DNA of 63,376 bases, filler included, from Octopus bimaculoides (lineage: Eukaryota), in assembly GCF_001194135.2 (NCBI RefSeq). It is 5 parts of 5 records of this genome, joined end to end, with 100 filler letters (N's around TTAATTAATTAA, not from the genome) between each part and the next. Parts side by side here need not be neighbours in the genome. Positions count along the whole stretch, not along the records: positions 27,008 to 54,111 come from NC_068984.1; 4 more parts are not named here. One strand, written 5' to 3'. This document shows, piece by piece, positions 27,841 to 41,372 of this stretch. Each line of letters begins with the position of its first letter. Position 1 is the stretch's first letter. Both the position numbers and the translations under genes were made by a program. The notes under the pieces were generated by a model that saw nothing but the letters and a program-made list of their open reading frames with translations, made no database searches and had not been told where the DNA came from.

Positions 27841-28611
27841 AGAATGTAGCAGTCTACGGCTGGACATATCCCTCTTCAAAATCCCCCTCCCCACATCCCT
27901 CTATCCACTGACGTTTTGATCTAAACTAGTTTTGCACTTCCTCTTATCACCTTACATTATAAAGAGCTACTAATAAAAGTAACGGAGGAAATTTGAGCAT
28001 TCGGCAGTATATTTGATATTAGTAACGTTTCACTTTGTTTAAAACTATTACACTGCATTCATTTCAATTTACTTATTTTTATTTTTATTTCGTACATTTT
28101 ATTTTCTCATTCTCTCAAGAATGTTCTAGAAGACATCTCACACAACGAAGATTGATTTATGTTTGCCTGACTAAGTTGATGCCGTGAAAATAGTATCACT
28201 GCATAAATCGTAGAAGTAGGACGGAATGAATTCTTTTGACACTTAATAGTTTATAATACTGTCATACTATATACTAAAACAGAAGTAAATTTAATGCTAT
28301 GTGTGTATGCGCGTGCGTATGTGTGTGTATGTGCAAATGTGTATGTGCGTGTGTGTGTATGTGTGTGTGTATGTGTTTGTTTGTGTGTGTGAATACGTAT
28401 GGGTTTTAAACGACCATCACGAATTTTCCATGATTCAAATTGTTTCAGTTTCAACGCACGATTGCAGATAAAGTGAATTACCAAATATGTACAATTTTGG
28501 TGAATATATATATATGAGAGAGAGAAAGAGAGAGACAGAGACAGACAGACAGACAGGTAGATGTATCCATACTCATACATATATATAAGTGCATATATAC
28601 ACATACCTGCA

Positions 28612-28653
<42 letters not shown>

Positions 28654-29158
28654 NNNNNNNNNNNNNNNNNNNNNNNNNNNNNNNNNNNNNNNNNNNNNNN
28701 NNNNNNNNNNNNNNNNNNNNNNNNNNNNNNNNNNNNNNNNNNNNNNNNNNNNNNNNNNNNNNNNNNNNNNNNNNNNNNNNNNNNNNNNNNNNNNNNNNNN
28801 NNNNNNNNNNNNNNNNNNNNNNNNNNNNNNNNNNNNNNNNNNNNNNNNNNNNNNNNNNNNNNNNNNNNNNNNNNNNNNNNNNNNNNNNNNNNNNNNNNNN
28901 NNNNNNNNNNNNNNNNNNNNNNNNNNNNNNNNNNNNNNNNNNNNNNNNNNNNNNNNNNNNNNNNNNNNNNNNNNNNNNCCCAGTCGGAAGGACAGTACCT
29001 GCAATTCAAATTCAGCTTTGTCACACACTGTGTCATGCTGATTGTGACTGAAAATTTCGTTAAGGGTGCATTCATCAGTAGAATGCTCAGTGACTTGCAC
29101 ATTATTTCAATAAACATTTAATACAATTTAACGGATAATGAATCCTCACCGTGAAGCT

Positions 29159-29192
<34 letters not shown>

Positions 29193-30101
29193 ACACACAC
29201 ACACACACTTACACACACATGCACACACCAATATACATATACATATACATGCATACATACATGTATAAATACATATATACATACATACTTTAAGCACTTA
29301 GAGTATGCAGGATTTTACAAAGTATATATTTACACGGATAAATGTGAAACATAGAAAGATCCTATGGGATACTAACCATCAACCAGCATCATTGGAAACC
29401 ATTCACCCCCATCACGGGGCTTTATGTCGACGAATGGCCTCAATGCGGGCCCAGCTGGAAACAGTACATCGACTTCAGATCACATATCATCTTAAGAAGA
29501 CAAGAACGACATTAGATAATGTGGTTTTAGATGTAAATACTTACGGGATGATTACAGCTGGAATACCTTTGATCACAAGTATTTACGACCAGAGTTAACT
29601 TGGAATTAAATTTTATCAGCAACTCTGGAAGCCTTGGTTCAATGGAAATGTATCATCGTGGTCAGTCGTCCTTCAAGAAATAGCAACTAAATCTTTCTCA
29701 GATCACACACTTTGTTATCTTTAGAACAGGGAAGGAGACATTTGATAACGTAGTCCGAGATATACTATGTCTGAAAAAAGATAATGATAAAATGGGCCCC
29801 GCTGGAAAGTCTTTGATCTTAGAGTTGGTTGATAAGGGTAGGGGTAGGCCCTGGACTAAACAATGTCAACAACTACAGCAACGACAACATTTATTACTAC
29901 TACTACTACACGTTGTTATTCCCTTTAAGTCCCTTGCCCTTTCTAGAATCATCACCACCAGTGTTTATGAAAATTCTGTTGTTACTACATATATTGGTTT
30001 TGTTGCTTAACTCTAGCTCAGGATTAATCGAATAGATCTGTAACTGAAAACATTCAAACAGCGAGCATCTCATCTTTTCTTCATACATAGTATATCTCAA
30101 A

Positions 30102-30483
30102 GTGGAGGCGCAATAGCCCAGTGGTTAGGGCAGCGGACTCGCGGTCATAGGATCGCGGTTTCGATTCCCAGACCGGGCCTTGTGAGTGTTTATTGAGCGA
30201 AAACACCTAAAGCTCCACGAAGCTCCGGCAGGGGATGGTGGAGAACCCTGCTGTACTCTTTCACCACAACTTCATCTCACTCTTTCTTCCTGTTTCTGTT
30301 GTACCTGTAATTCAAAGGGTCAGCCTTGTCACACTGTGTCACGCTGAATGTCCCCGAGAACTACGTTAAGGGTACACGTGTCTGTGGAGTGCTCAGCCAC
30401 TTGCACGTTAATTTCACGAGCAGGCTGTTCCGTTGATCGGATCAACTGGAACCCTCGACGTCGTAAGCGACGGAGTGCCAACA
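30102..30483 (+). mobile_element. tRNA-derived SINE, family D
   Basis: Near-identical to 15869-16250, ending GTAAGCGACGGAGTGCCAACA. Confidence 0.9.
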
Positions 30484-31414
30484 GCACACAGTATATCTCA
30501 GACGACATTATCGAATGTGCTTTTCTCATTCACAAGAAAATAGGGGTATAATTTGAGGGAGATTCGACTGCTCTCTCGGTTGTTATTGTTGTTGCTAGTG
30601 CTGTTGCCGCTGTCTTTGTTGTTGTTCTTGCTGTCGTTGTTGTTGCGAGTGTTAGTGTTGCTTGTGGTTTAGTCCAGGTCAGTTCTGATAAAACAGACCT
30701 GAGACAAAAACCTTCCATTCAAGAGCTTCTGTTCTTCACTCAAGGATTATGTTATCTTAACGTCATTTATTTCTCAACACAGTAGTATTTAATTTGAGAG
30801 ATTTGGCTATTATTTCCGGCGGTATCAACGACCACGTAGACGTTTCATTACTGGCTTGAAAGTAAATTTTTTGTAGTTTTACTGGTGTATTTGCCAAGAT
30901 TTTTTTTAAATCCTTCTCGTTGTTGTAGTTGTTGTTAATGATGATATTGTTGATAGTTTTGTCGTTATTGCTATTACTGTTGTTGCTGTTGCTGTGTCTG
31001 TTAATGTTATTGTTGCTATGTTTGGCAAGTTATGATGTGTGTCTGCAGAGCGGGGTCGGGGCAAGTACTGCTTCCCGTATTCCCTGTACCCTGGGAAAGA
31101 GATCCCATCACCATAATTATCTCATAATGTTATTTCCTCCACCTTGCTCTTGCTGTGATTCACATATCTCTCTTTCTCTCACACACACACATACACCCTC
31201 TCTCTCTTTCTTCCTCTCTCTCTTTCTCTCTCCCTTCCGATCTATCTCACACTCCAGGCTTCTCATTTTCTCTCCACTTTACACCACATACACACATCTT
31301 TTGTCTACCCCCAACCAATGCTCTTTAAATTGTTTTACAACGAACAACAAATCAACGACTAAGAAATACATTATCCTCAAAAATTGTTCCCCAACTGCTG
31401 ACGCGAGCATTTGC

Positions 31415-31482
<68 letters not shown>

Positions 31483-31784
31483 CTTATTTCTATTATTTCA
31501 ATTTTTTTATCATTATTTTGTACTTAAATTGAAAAACCGAGCAAGGCTTCACGTCTTACTACAAGCAGTGTTTGGTTTGTTTTGAAATTTTCTTTTTATT
31601 GTAATCAAAGAACTTTCTGCAATACACGTACAGTGCTTGTAATGCTATTCTTTGTACACTATGTGTAGGAGTCCATGTTTTTTTCTTTGGTAATTTTTGT
31701 CTGAATCAGTTTTTAAAATCATTTCCAATGCACCTATTATTAAGAAAATTTTTTTTCTTCTGTTTTCAGTCTCCACATAGGGGC

Positions 31785-31989
31785 AGGCTTGGCTGTATGG
31801 TTAAGAAACTCGCTTTGAAACTACATGGTTTCGGGTTCAATCCCACAGCACAGCACCTTGGGTGTCTTCTGCAATACCTGGGCTGGCCGATGTTTTGCGA
31901 ATGAATTTAATACACGGGTACGGATGAAAGATTACCTCGAGTATACTGCTCTGTGCAAAGCGATCAGACATCTAGAAAACGGCTCCAAC

Positions 31990-32030
<41 letters not shown>

Positions 32031-32355
32031 GAGAGAGAGAGACATATGTATACACACACGCGCGCGCGCACAGACACATATATATGAATGTATATATATA
32101 TATATATATGTATCTGCTATGTAGGCAGGTATGTGTGTGTATATTTTTATGTTTGTGTTTGTCTACTGCATCACTTGACAACTGGCGTGGTTTGTTTATG
32201 TCCCCATAACTTGGCAGTTCGGCAAAAGATTTCTGCCAGAATAAGTACCAGACTTTAAAAAAGTACTGGGTTGATTTGTTCGCCTAAACACTTCAAGGCG
32301 GTACTCCAGCATGAACGCAGTCCAATGGTTGAAACAAGTAAAGATAAGCGATAAA
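31785..32355 (+). mobile_element. tRNA-derived SINE, family B, split by microsatellite
   Basis: TGGCTGTATGGTTAAGAAACTCGC head, GGGTTCAATCCCAC B-box, tail at 32160-32355. Confidence 0.8.
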
Positions 32356-32811
32356 AGATGTTCTGGTTTAATTACTATTAATAGTGGTCGTTGACTGGAA
32401 AAATCATTAGGTATCAGTAAAAAATGCTTAGCACTATTTTATCAAACTTTTACATCCAGAATGAAATTTCCCAGCGGTTATCTTTGCAATTCACACTTCG
32501 ATACTTAGTTTGACGCTTTGTTCTGACTTCCAAAAGAAATAATTAAGCATGACGAAAAACTGATTTCAAAATTTGACGTGAGACTTACCATATATCCTTT
32601 CTCAACAGCTCAGCACGGGACAAGTCAACAGGATGGGTTCTCTGCTCTGCTTCACTGATGAGCCATAATAAGACCGAAATATATTCACAGTTGTCGCCCA
32701 CTGCTTTCTATTTCGTATTAATTTTAACTAACTTAAACTCAGGGGTTGCTGCCTTACTTGAGCAGAATTAATTGTCAAGATGAAGGTTTTTCAATCTACT
32801 ATAACTGTAAA

Positions 32812-33025
32812 TTAAGGCAGCGAGCTGGTAGAATCGTTAGCACGCCGGACAAAATGCTTAACGGAGGCATTACGTCCGTCATTACGTTCTGAGTTCACAT
32901 GCCGCTGAGGTCGACTTTGCTTTTCATTCTCTCGAGGAAATAAGCAACAGGTACGAACTGGGGTCCATGTAATCGACGAGCCCCTCTCCTAAAATTTCAG
33001 ACCTTGCACCTATAATAGAAAGGAA
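32812..33025 (+). mobile_element. tRNA-derived SINE, family A
   Basis: GGCAGCGAGCTGGTAGAATCGTTAGCACGCCGG head. Confidence 0.85.
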
Positions 33026-34482
33026 CATTACTATAAATTTTGTTAATTAAAAGTTATTTCAAGTATGTTATCCTGCGCTTTACAAATTACCTTTTTCAAT
33101 ACAGCTGGCCGTTATGTATCGTAATATGCCAAATTTGTTCGTTAATATCTTGGCGGATATCAACCAGTACTTTGGGAACACTTCCTGTTATGTGAGTTGA
33201 GAAGTTACTGTGGAAAGAGGTAGACATAATACAAAACTTAACGCCCGTAATTCTGCTTTGGTGCTTACGACATTGTTGCGGAGGATGAGACGTAAAGGAT
33301 CATTGTATTCATACTGCAACACACTCTGGAGAATCACTTCTTATGCGCAGACAAAATCAGGGGTCAATTTGGTCGGCACTATATTGGAGGAGCACCAGAT
33401 GGTAACAAGTCGATGGGGCAAGCAAATCGGCACATAGAAAGTCAAAAGGGCTTCTGCTGGTTAAAGCAATCGGAGTCCGATTCGCTCCGGACCAATAAGC
33501 GGATAAAATCTGGGGAAAGTTTGTCACCAGCTTACTCTGTACCACTCAGAAATAGACTGAGAAAACCTTGCGATGAAAAAATCGGACCGAGGTGGCTAAT
33601 ACCTTTGTTGTTCCGATGATGATGTTCTATCATCGCAGCCTGTCCCGGTAAACATTTGAAGGAATTAGAGAGTATGAGTGTGGAAAGGAACGTTCCGCTT
33701 GTAAGAAAGTCTAACTTCAACCAATATGCCCAGCAGAGTTGTTTAACATACCCACGAACGATCATGTGTAGACAGGAATTAAAGCTGCTATGTCTGCAGA
33801 TATTCCATTATAAATGGCTTCAATTTCACATACACACACACACACACATACAAATGCGGGCGTGCGCTCTCACACACACACACATACACATACACACAAA
33901 CATACACTCATATACACTCTACACACACAAGCCTCACAAAGGTAATAATAGTTATTTCCAGACTTTCAGCATGAAAAGGTGCTAAGTTCATACTGTCGTT
34001 GCCACAAATTATCAACAACTGCTTTTGATATTTTTTCGTTTGTTTCATTATTGTTGCTGTTGTTATTATTTTAGTATTGTTTGTTGAATACTCAAACAGT
34101 TGGCTCTATTGATCTGTTGAATGAGAGAAAAAAATTATAAATGGCTTCCATTACACACACACACACATACAAAGACTTTTATACAAAGGTAATAACAATT
34201 ATTGGTAAGTTCATACTATAGTTGCCATACATAAATCAAACACTACTTTTAACTTGATTTGATATATTTATTTATTGAAAATTCTTTGTTGACCACTGCT
34301 ACTAAAGTCGTGCCTCTTGTTTTCTCAGTATTAGCAGCATCTTTTCTGTTTATATGTATACATTTTCCTGAGATGCCACGCATTTAGATAGACCACGGGA
34401 TCTCATTATAACACACACCCTCACACACACACACACACATATGTAGTAGAATAAGAAATAGAAAGTCCTTGGTGCAGTATTA

Positions 34483-34700
34483 TATATTTTTTTAAATGGA
34501 TAGAAATGACTTTTCTGATAATTTTTCCACTTTAATAATTAGATGCTTATAAGGTGACTCTCTAGGAGTTTTCCGCTTAAAAGTGGTAAGCGAAAACCTC
34601 CTATCAGGGTCACCTCTTGTAAACTTATAAACATCTAATTATTAAAGTTGAAAAATTATCAGAAAAGCCATTTCTATTCATTTTTTCCAAATATATATGT
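34483..34700. repeat. Foldback inverted repeat, MITE-like
   Basis: ATAGAAATGACTTTTCTGATAATTTTTCCACTTTAATAATTAGATG (from 34500) mirrors CATCTAATTATTAAAGTTGAAAAATTATCAGAAAAGCCATTTCTAT (to 34677). Confidence 0.85.
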
Positions 34701-35447
34701 GTATGTATGTATATATATATATATATATGTGTATGTATATATATAAACACCCATACACACACAAATGAAAGGACAAACTAAATAAAAAAAGCATTCAACA
34801 CATTTAGTAGGAATTATATTATTATTCAAAACAGTCTGATTCGGCTCCAAGTGACTTGAAGTTTCGCAGGTCTCTAACAGAAACCTAGCTCATTCAAGCT
34901 CGGACTATCGATTGGAGAAATACAAGAAGTCCAAGATGGCTACTGGAAAATGGGCAGCTATTGATGAAGGCGGATCACATGTCGTTATAGACATTTCAGC
35001 GTGATAGACATTTTAGCGACACCAGATGCATTAGGAAAGAGAAGTGGGTAGCTCACTTTTCTAAGCCTAGTTAATAAAATATCACCTACACCCCACTGAA
35101 GCCCACCAAAGAACCAGTTTAACAGACTCGTGTCTCACCGGGGTCACTGGCCATAAATATCATATTACACCTTTTCACAAATTTTATTCTTAACCTAACC
35201 CCATCTATTAATGTCCACAATGGCCAAATGTGTTGGTCATTCTCTCATAGTTTGCCTCAACAGATTTCAGCCACACCCCTGCTGTATTTTGCGAATATTC
35301 CTTTTTTCTCTTGTAAAATTACCTTTCATCTAATGATTGCGGTTTTTTTTAAATAATGAAATAATGTTCTCATTCTTGTATTTAAAAATGCGTAAGAAAC
35401 AGCTGTAATGAGCTGACAATTACACATCGTCTGTTATTATTCATTTG

Positions 35448-35494
<47 letters not shown>

Positions 35495-35798
35495 NNNNNN
35501 NNNNNNNNNNNNNNNNNNNNNNNNNNNNNNNNNNNNNNNNNNNNNNNNNNNNNNNNNNNNNNNNNNNNNNNNNNNNNNNNNNNNNNNNNNNNNNNNNNNN
35601 NNNNNNNNNNNNNNNNNNNNNNNNNNNNNNNNNNNNNNNNNNNNNNNNNNNNNNNNNNNNNNNNNNNNNNNNNNNNNNNNNNNNNNNNNCACACACACAC
35701 ACACACACACACACACACCACGAATAAATACGAGACGATTTACTAATATTCACGTTATTACTGACAAAAAGATAAAGCGTCATTATGGTAACCTGTAA

Positions 35799-35882
35799 GT
35801 CAGGATGGCCGAGTGGTCTAAGGCGCTGCGTTCAGGTCGCAGTCGGGTCTTCCCGGCGTGGGTTCGAATCCCACTTCTGACA
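35799..35882 (+). tRNA. trnL-CAG: tRNA-Leu(CAG)
   Basis: GTCAGGATGGCCGAGTGGTCTAAGGCGCTGCGTTCAGGTCGCAG...GTGGGTTCGAATCCCACTTCTGACA; long variable arm CGGG-TCTT-CCCG; T-run terminator downstream. Confidence 0.96.
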
Positions 35883-36753
35883 TTCTTTTTTTTTATTTTC
35901 TTCCTTTCTGTTATAGAAAACTAATAGTTGTAGTAATGGATTTCCATTGCATGATAGATATAGTAGATAGTTAGTCTACTGATTTTGACATTACCTGCAA
36001 ATGTCTAAGAACATATTAACATGTTTAAACACTATACAGTTTTCGATCCAACGAGAGATCTAATTCAACAACATAAATCTAGTACGGATTTAATTGATCG
36101 GAGCTCAAGTAGTTTGAACATCAACAACAATTTGCTACTGACAGCGTGAAAAATTTTTATTCTGAATTTACCCGATGATTTTCAAGCGTAACTGAAAGAA
36201 AAGATTTTTATTTTGGGTCCTTATTTCATATTAGGATCTTTATTGAATTGTTGGGAATGTTGTCTACACATCATTGAGGTTAGAAAACAAAGTCGGTTTT
36301 TGAAATATTTTCATTATATAAGAAAGGCGGGGAGGTCTTCTTGACCGGAATACAATCCTCGCAAAGATTACTTTGGACAATTTCAAATACTTACTGAAAT
36401 GTCCAAATTTCTCAAAATCATTCAATATGACAAAAGATACAAATTTGGCACACAATATTCCATGTCCGGTGTTTTAGATCTACACAAAAAGACCAGAAAT
36501 AATTATGGATCATACAAAGCCTAGAAAACCTAGGTTGTGCTCGCGGTCTGAAGAGACACATATCTATACACAATATCGATTGTAACGAATCTGCATTGCT
36601 TTTAAATGAAGCGAGATATGTACTAGCCGTAGTAAAAACTAGAAATCAACTAGACTAAAAAAATCTTCGATCTTAGCAACTGTTATCAAACAATGGAGTA
36701 ACCTATATTGGGCACACACATACACATACAAACACACACACAAAAACGGCCCA

Positions 36754-36790
<37 letters not shown>

Positions 36791-37774
36791 AACCCACACA
36801 CACACAATAACCCACACACACACACACACAATAACCCCCACCCACTCACACACACACATACAACTCATCTGCACGATCTAGCAGCAGTCTTGGGTCAAGT
36901 GCAGGCCGTGGTTGACATTTGTTCTGAATTATTGCCAGGTGCGCTTAGAACACTGCTCTCTGTGGAATACATTCTATAGAGTTCAAAATATGAGTAACGG
37001 CTAGTTGGGAACAATTTTGCGTATCTATGAAGACCGTCTGAGCAGCACCTTTTATGCTGACATTTATGGCTGATATTATGAACAATTTCCGAGACATCGA
37101 TCTGGCAGAGCTACCAGAGGATATTTCCAGTTGGGATCAACTCTACAGGTATAGTTGTGTCGGATTTGCCAGAAACCAAACCCAACCGAGATACATACAG
37201 AGCGACAAAATTTTTCTTGCTTGCACACTTTCCCTGCCTGAACACAGCTCTTACATTGGTATGACATTGTCTGGTCACTAACCATGCATTAATTATGTGT
37301 GGGTTTATGTCAATAATTCTAGTAATACATCCAGGTTTTTAAGTACAACTTTTACCTATGTCTTACGTCTTCTGTTGCACTCCAGTCTGTGTTCCCTTTT
37401 CACATTTTAAAGAAATCTTAAACCTCTCCAGCAGTTAATTCTATCAAGCTGCTGAATGAGAGGAAAAATTCATAAAATAATTTCAGATACGCGCGCGCGT
37501 GCAATAATAGTTATTTTCAGACCTATAGCTTGAAAACGTAGTAAGCTCATACTATAGTTGCAACAGATACACAGTACTTTTGATTTTGGTATTGGGTTTT
37601 TTCCTGAACGCTACTTCTAAAATTGTGCCTCTTGTTTTCCCAGTATTAGCAGCGCTTTTTTTCCTTTATAAGTATACATTTTCCTGAGATGCTACACATT
37701 GGGATAGAACCCGAGATCTCGTGATTACACAGCGAAATTCTTAACTCAGTCGTTCTCTCTCAATAACATCAGTA

Positions 37775-37805
<31 letters not shown>

Positions 37806-37811
37806 TGTATG

Positions 37812-37845
<34 letters not shown>

Positions 37846-38038
37846 ACTATCTATCTATCTATCTATCTACATGTGTACATGTGTGCACATACACACACAG
37901 AAGCTCGCACACACGCACGTACACACACATATACTCACACTAAGAGAACACAAAAATACAACTAAAAAATTACGCAACAAATTACTACTCTTTGTCATCG
38001 CTGATAAAATGTTAAAATGTCAACTTCACAATCAGCGA

Positions 38039-38122
38039 GTCAGGATGGCCGAGCGGTCTAAGGCGCTGCGTTCAGGTCGCAGTCGGGTCTTCCCGGCGTG
38101 GGTTCGAATCCCACTTCTGACA
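38039..38122 (+). tRNA. trnL-CAG: tRNA-Leu(CAG)
   Basis: Full cloverleaf, anticodon CAG, T-runs downstream. Confidence 0.96.
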
Positions 38123-38624
38123 TTCACAATTTTTATTTTTAAATGATGACTACTAGTCGCAGCAATGGTTTTTTTCTTGTGTGGTACATTTAATAAATCG
38201 TATTTCTACTAACTTGGAGTTCAAACTAAAACACTAAGAATGCATCTACCTGTTTAAAATTATGAAGCATGTAAATGTTTGATTAAAAAACTCTTTGTAA
38301 ATTTTTAGATTTTTCTGCTCCGAGTTTCATCGTTCCAAAACGAAAAAATAAATAAAAAAACAAAAATAGAATTAGTTCATGCTCTTTCAAGAATATAAAT
38401 TCTGATGACTTTCAACAGCAATCAGTTCTCGAGGGTAAGAATTGCTTTGATCAAATGGTAGAACGTCTGTCATGTTTACCGAAGATGTATGTTCGAGCAG
38501 CCCTCAGATCTTTTTTCTAGCCAAAGGGCTTTTTTTGGCCCAGTATTTACACGTTATTATTTATAGCTTTATCGGTTTCAACTTCCACCGTTCCAAAAAA
38601 AGTATTATTCATATACACACACAC

Positions 38625-38656
<32 letters not shown>

Positions 38657-38747
38657 GCACAAACACATATATGCATGCAAGTTTTTATGTATATATATTT
38701 CTACTCGGATGCGCAAATACATATATGTAAATACATTGAAGTCTGCA

Positions 38748-39142
38748 TCGGAGGCCCCCTCCGGTCACGAATGACTATAGGATTGCACCTAGAAAGTTAC
38801 CCTCTGAGGCACAAGTCCGGGCAAGGTTGTTTATGGAAGACCAGCAGTCGCCCATGCATACCAGCCTCCCCTCTCCACNNNNNNNNNNATGGAAGACCAG
38901 CAGTCGCCCATGCATACCAGCCTCCCCTCTCCACGCCACCGATGTTATCCAAGGGAAAGGCAAAAGCCGATACAGCTTGGCACCTGCGACGTCGCAACCC
39001 ATTTCTACAGCTGAGTAAACTGGAGCAACGTGAAATAAAGTGCCTTGCTCAAGAACACAACACGCAGCCCGGTCCGGAATTCGAACTCACAACCTCACGG
39101 TCGTAAGTTCGACGCTCTAACCACTGAGCAATGTGCCTTCAC
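38748..39142 (-). mobile_element. tRNA-derived SINE, family C
   Basis: Minus head GTGAAGGCACATTGCTCAGTGGTTAGAGCGTCG...GAGTTCGAATTCCGG, central CACTTTATTTCACGTTGCTCCAG; internal N10 gap with duplicated flanks. Confidence 0.88.
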
Positions 39143-39609
39143 ATAAATTGAAGAAGACATGCAGTGCTCCCACAACAAAATGTACTTTCACCAATTAATG
39201 TTAGAGACTATGCGGGAGACCTCATCGAATTTGTGTATATAAGATTTTTTATCTAGCNNNNNNNNNNNNNNNNNNNNNNNNNNNNNNNNNNNNNNNNNNN
39301 NNNNNNNNNNNNNNNNNNNNNNNNNNNNNNNNNNNNNNNNNNNNNNNNNNNNNNNNNNNNNNNNNNNNNNNNNNNNNNNNNNNNNNNNNNNNNNNNNNNN
39401 NNNNNNNNNNNNNNNNNNNNNNNNNNNNNNNNNNNNNNNNNNNNNNNNNNNNNNNNNNNNNNNNNNNNNNNNNNNNNNNNNNNNNNNNNNNNNNNNNNNN
39501 NNNNNNNAATCTTACAAATAGACACTTATAAATTATTTGATTTTAACACTAAATCAGTAGAACTATGGTCTACTAAACTTATCATGCCTGTAATTTTGAA
39601 AAAAATTTG

Positions 39610-40913
39610 TATTGGTTTGACGAATAATCCATGAGCGTTCTTTTTTTTTTTTTCCAAATTTAAAAATGCACGCAGAAATAAAATGCACTGGCACTGGCAA
39701 AATGTTACGTTATTTAAAAGAGAATCTTTTGCTCTACAAGATAGTGTGTTTTGATTTTTTTAATTTTATTGATTTTTGTGTATTTTCAGATCAGTAAAAT
39801 GGACTCTCAAGTGGACAAAACTGAGCATTTCCAACACCATTTGCCTTTTGCATTTAATCGGTGTTAAGGCCGCCGAAGCTGCTCGTGAGATTTGTGTTGT
39901 GTATGGAAAAGGAGTAATGCCTCAAAGTACTGCTCGCCGTTGGTTTTCGCGCTTCAAAAAATGGGAATTTTGACCTCAAGGTTGGATCACACACCAGTCG
40001 ACTGAGTTCGATGAAGACCGAATGAATCAACTTCTTCACGAAATTCACGTCAAACGGTCAGAGAATTGGCGGAGCAGATGGATTGTAATAATAAAAAAAA
40101 TACTGTGGTGAACCATCTTCACTCAACGGGAAAGGTCCAGAAACTCGGCGCTGGGGTCCCACACATTTTGGAGTGAAAACAACAAAAAACAACGCTCCAC
40201 AATCGCCGCCAGTTTAGTTGCTCGACATCGTTCAACACATGGTCACAAACATCGTCTTCTTTACCGCATTGTTATTGGCGATGAAAAATGGCGCCTTTAT
40301 GACAATATGAAGCAGCGAAAAGAATGGTTCAGTCCCAACAAACAAGTGTCTCTGCAAGCAAAACAAGACCTACATCCTCAAAGGACTATGTTATGTGTAT
40401 GGTAGGGCTGAGAAGGCATAATTCATTACGAACTGCTTGAGCGCAACCAAACACTGAATGCGGAGCTCTACGTTCAACAACTGTACCAACTCAACGAAGC
40501 AATTCATCAAAAAAGACCGAATAGGCGAAATGGCGTTCTTCTGCAACACGACAACGCCTGTCCTCACATCGCCAATATGACCAAAACCGCGATTCAAGAA
40601 CTCGAATGGAAAGTGCTGCCTCATCCATCATACTCTCCAGATTTGGCGCCATCAAATTTTCATTTCCTTTGACCGCTTTCGAACGCTTTGCGCGGTGTAT
40701 CGTTCAATAATGTTGTGGAACTGAGGGCTTGGTTGGACGAATACTTAGAATCAAGACCGGAAGGTCTATATCACCGAGGAATCGAAAAACTTGTTGATGG
40801 GAGGAAGTCGTAAACAACAACGGTAAGTATATAATTTATTGATTTGCTGTAGTTTTTTTGTCTAAAATAAATTTGAAAAAAAGAATGGTCATGGATTATT
40901 CCCCAGCCCAGTA
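39610..40913 (+). mobile_element. Near full-length (about 1.3 kb) mariner with TIRs; transposase frameshifted
   Basis: TIRs share GAATAATCCATGA (39610-39640 and the inverse at 40883-40913) with TA ends. ATG at 39799 gives MDSQVDKTEHF; IVIGDEKW, LQHDNACPH and HPSYSPDLAPS are present. Confidence 0.93.
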
Positions 40914-41083
40914 ACTTTCAGGGTTGCGATTCGAAATCATGTCGGGAAAATCAGAACGTGGAACGAACGCAGCGTCTTATATCGACCGGCCAACCAGACG
41001 AACTACTGTATTCATGCTTTTTATTACTATATGAGTAATAGCATTATTGTAATAGATTGTTGAGTATTTATTAGTAGTAGCTT

Positions 41084-41086
<3 letters not shown>

Positions 41087-41131
<45 letters not shown>

Positions 41132-41132
41132 C

Positions 41133-41167
<35 letters not shown>

Positions 41168-41372
41168 CATACATATATATATATGTATATATATATATGT
41201 ATGTATGTATAGATATATAGATATATATAGATATATGTATATATATATGTATGTATAGATATATGTATATATATATGTATGTATGTATATACATATATAT
41301 GTATATATGTATATATATATATATATATATATAAATGTATGTATGTATATATATATACATACATATATATAT
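41087..41372. repeat. (TA)/(TATG) mosaic
   Basis: Directly visible. Confidence 0.95.

Noticed and set aside
27261-27894. Long acidic/basic ORFs over the (CTT)n tract
   Set aside because: Simple-repeat translation with no unique coding sequence.
36190-37300. Coding-like unique sequence (LAELPEDISSWDQL, DNFKYL)
   Set aside because: No consistent frame or recognisable domain without a database search.
38401-38420. CTGATGA in the tRNA cassette flank
   Set aside because: No stem II/GAAA/NUH arrangement; a chance heptamer.
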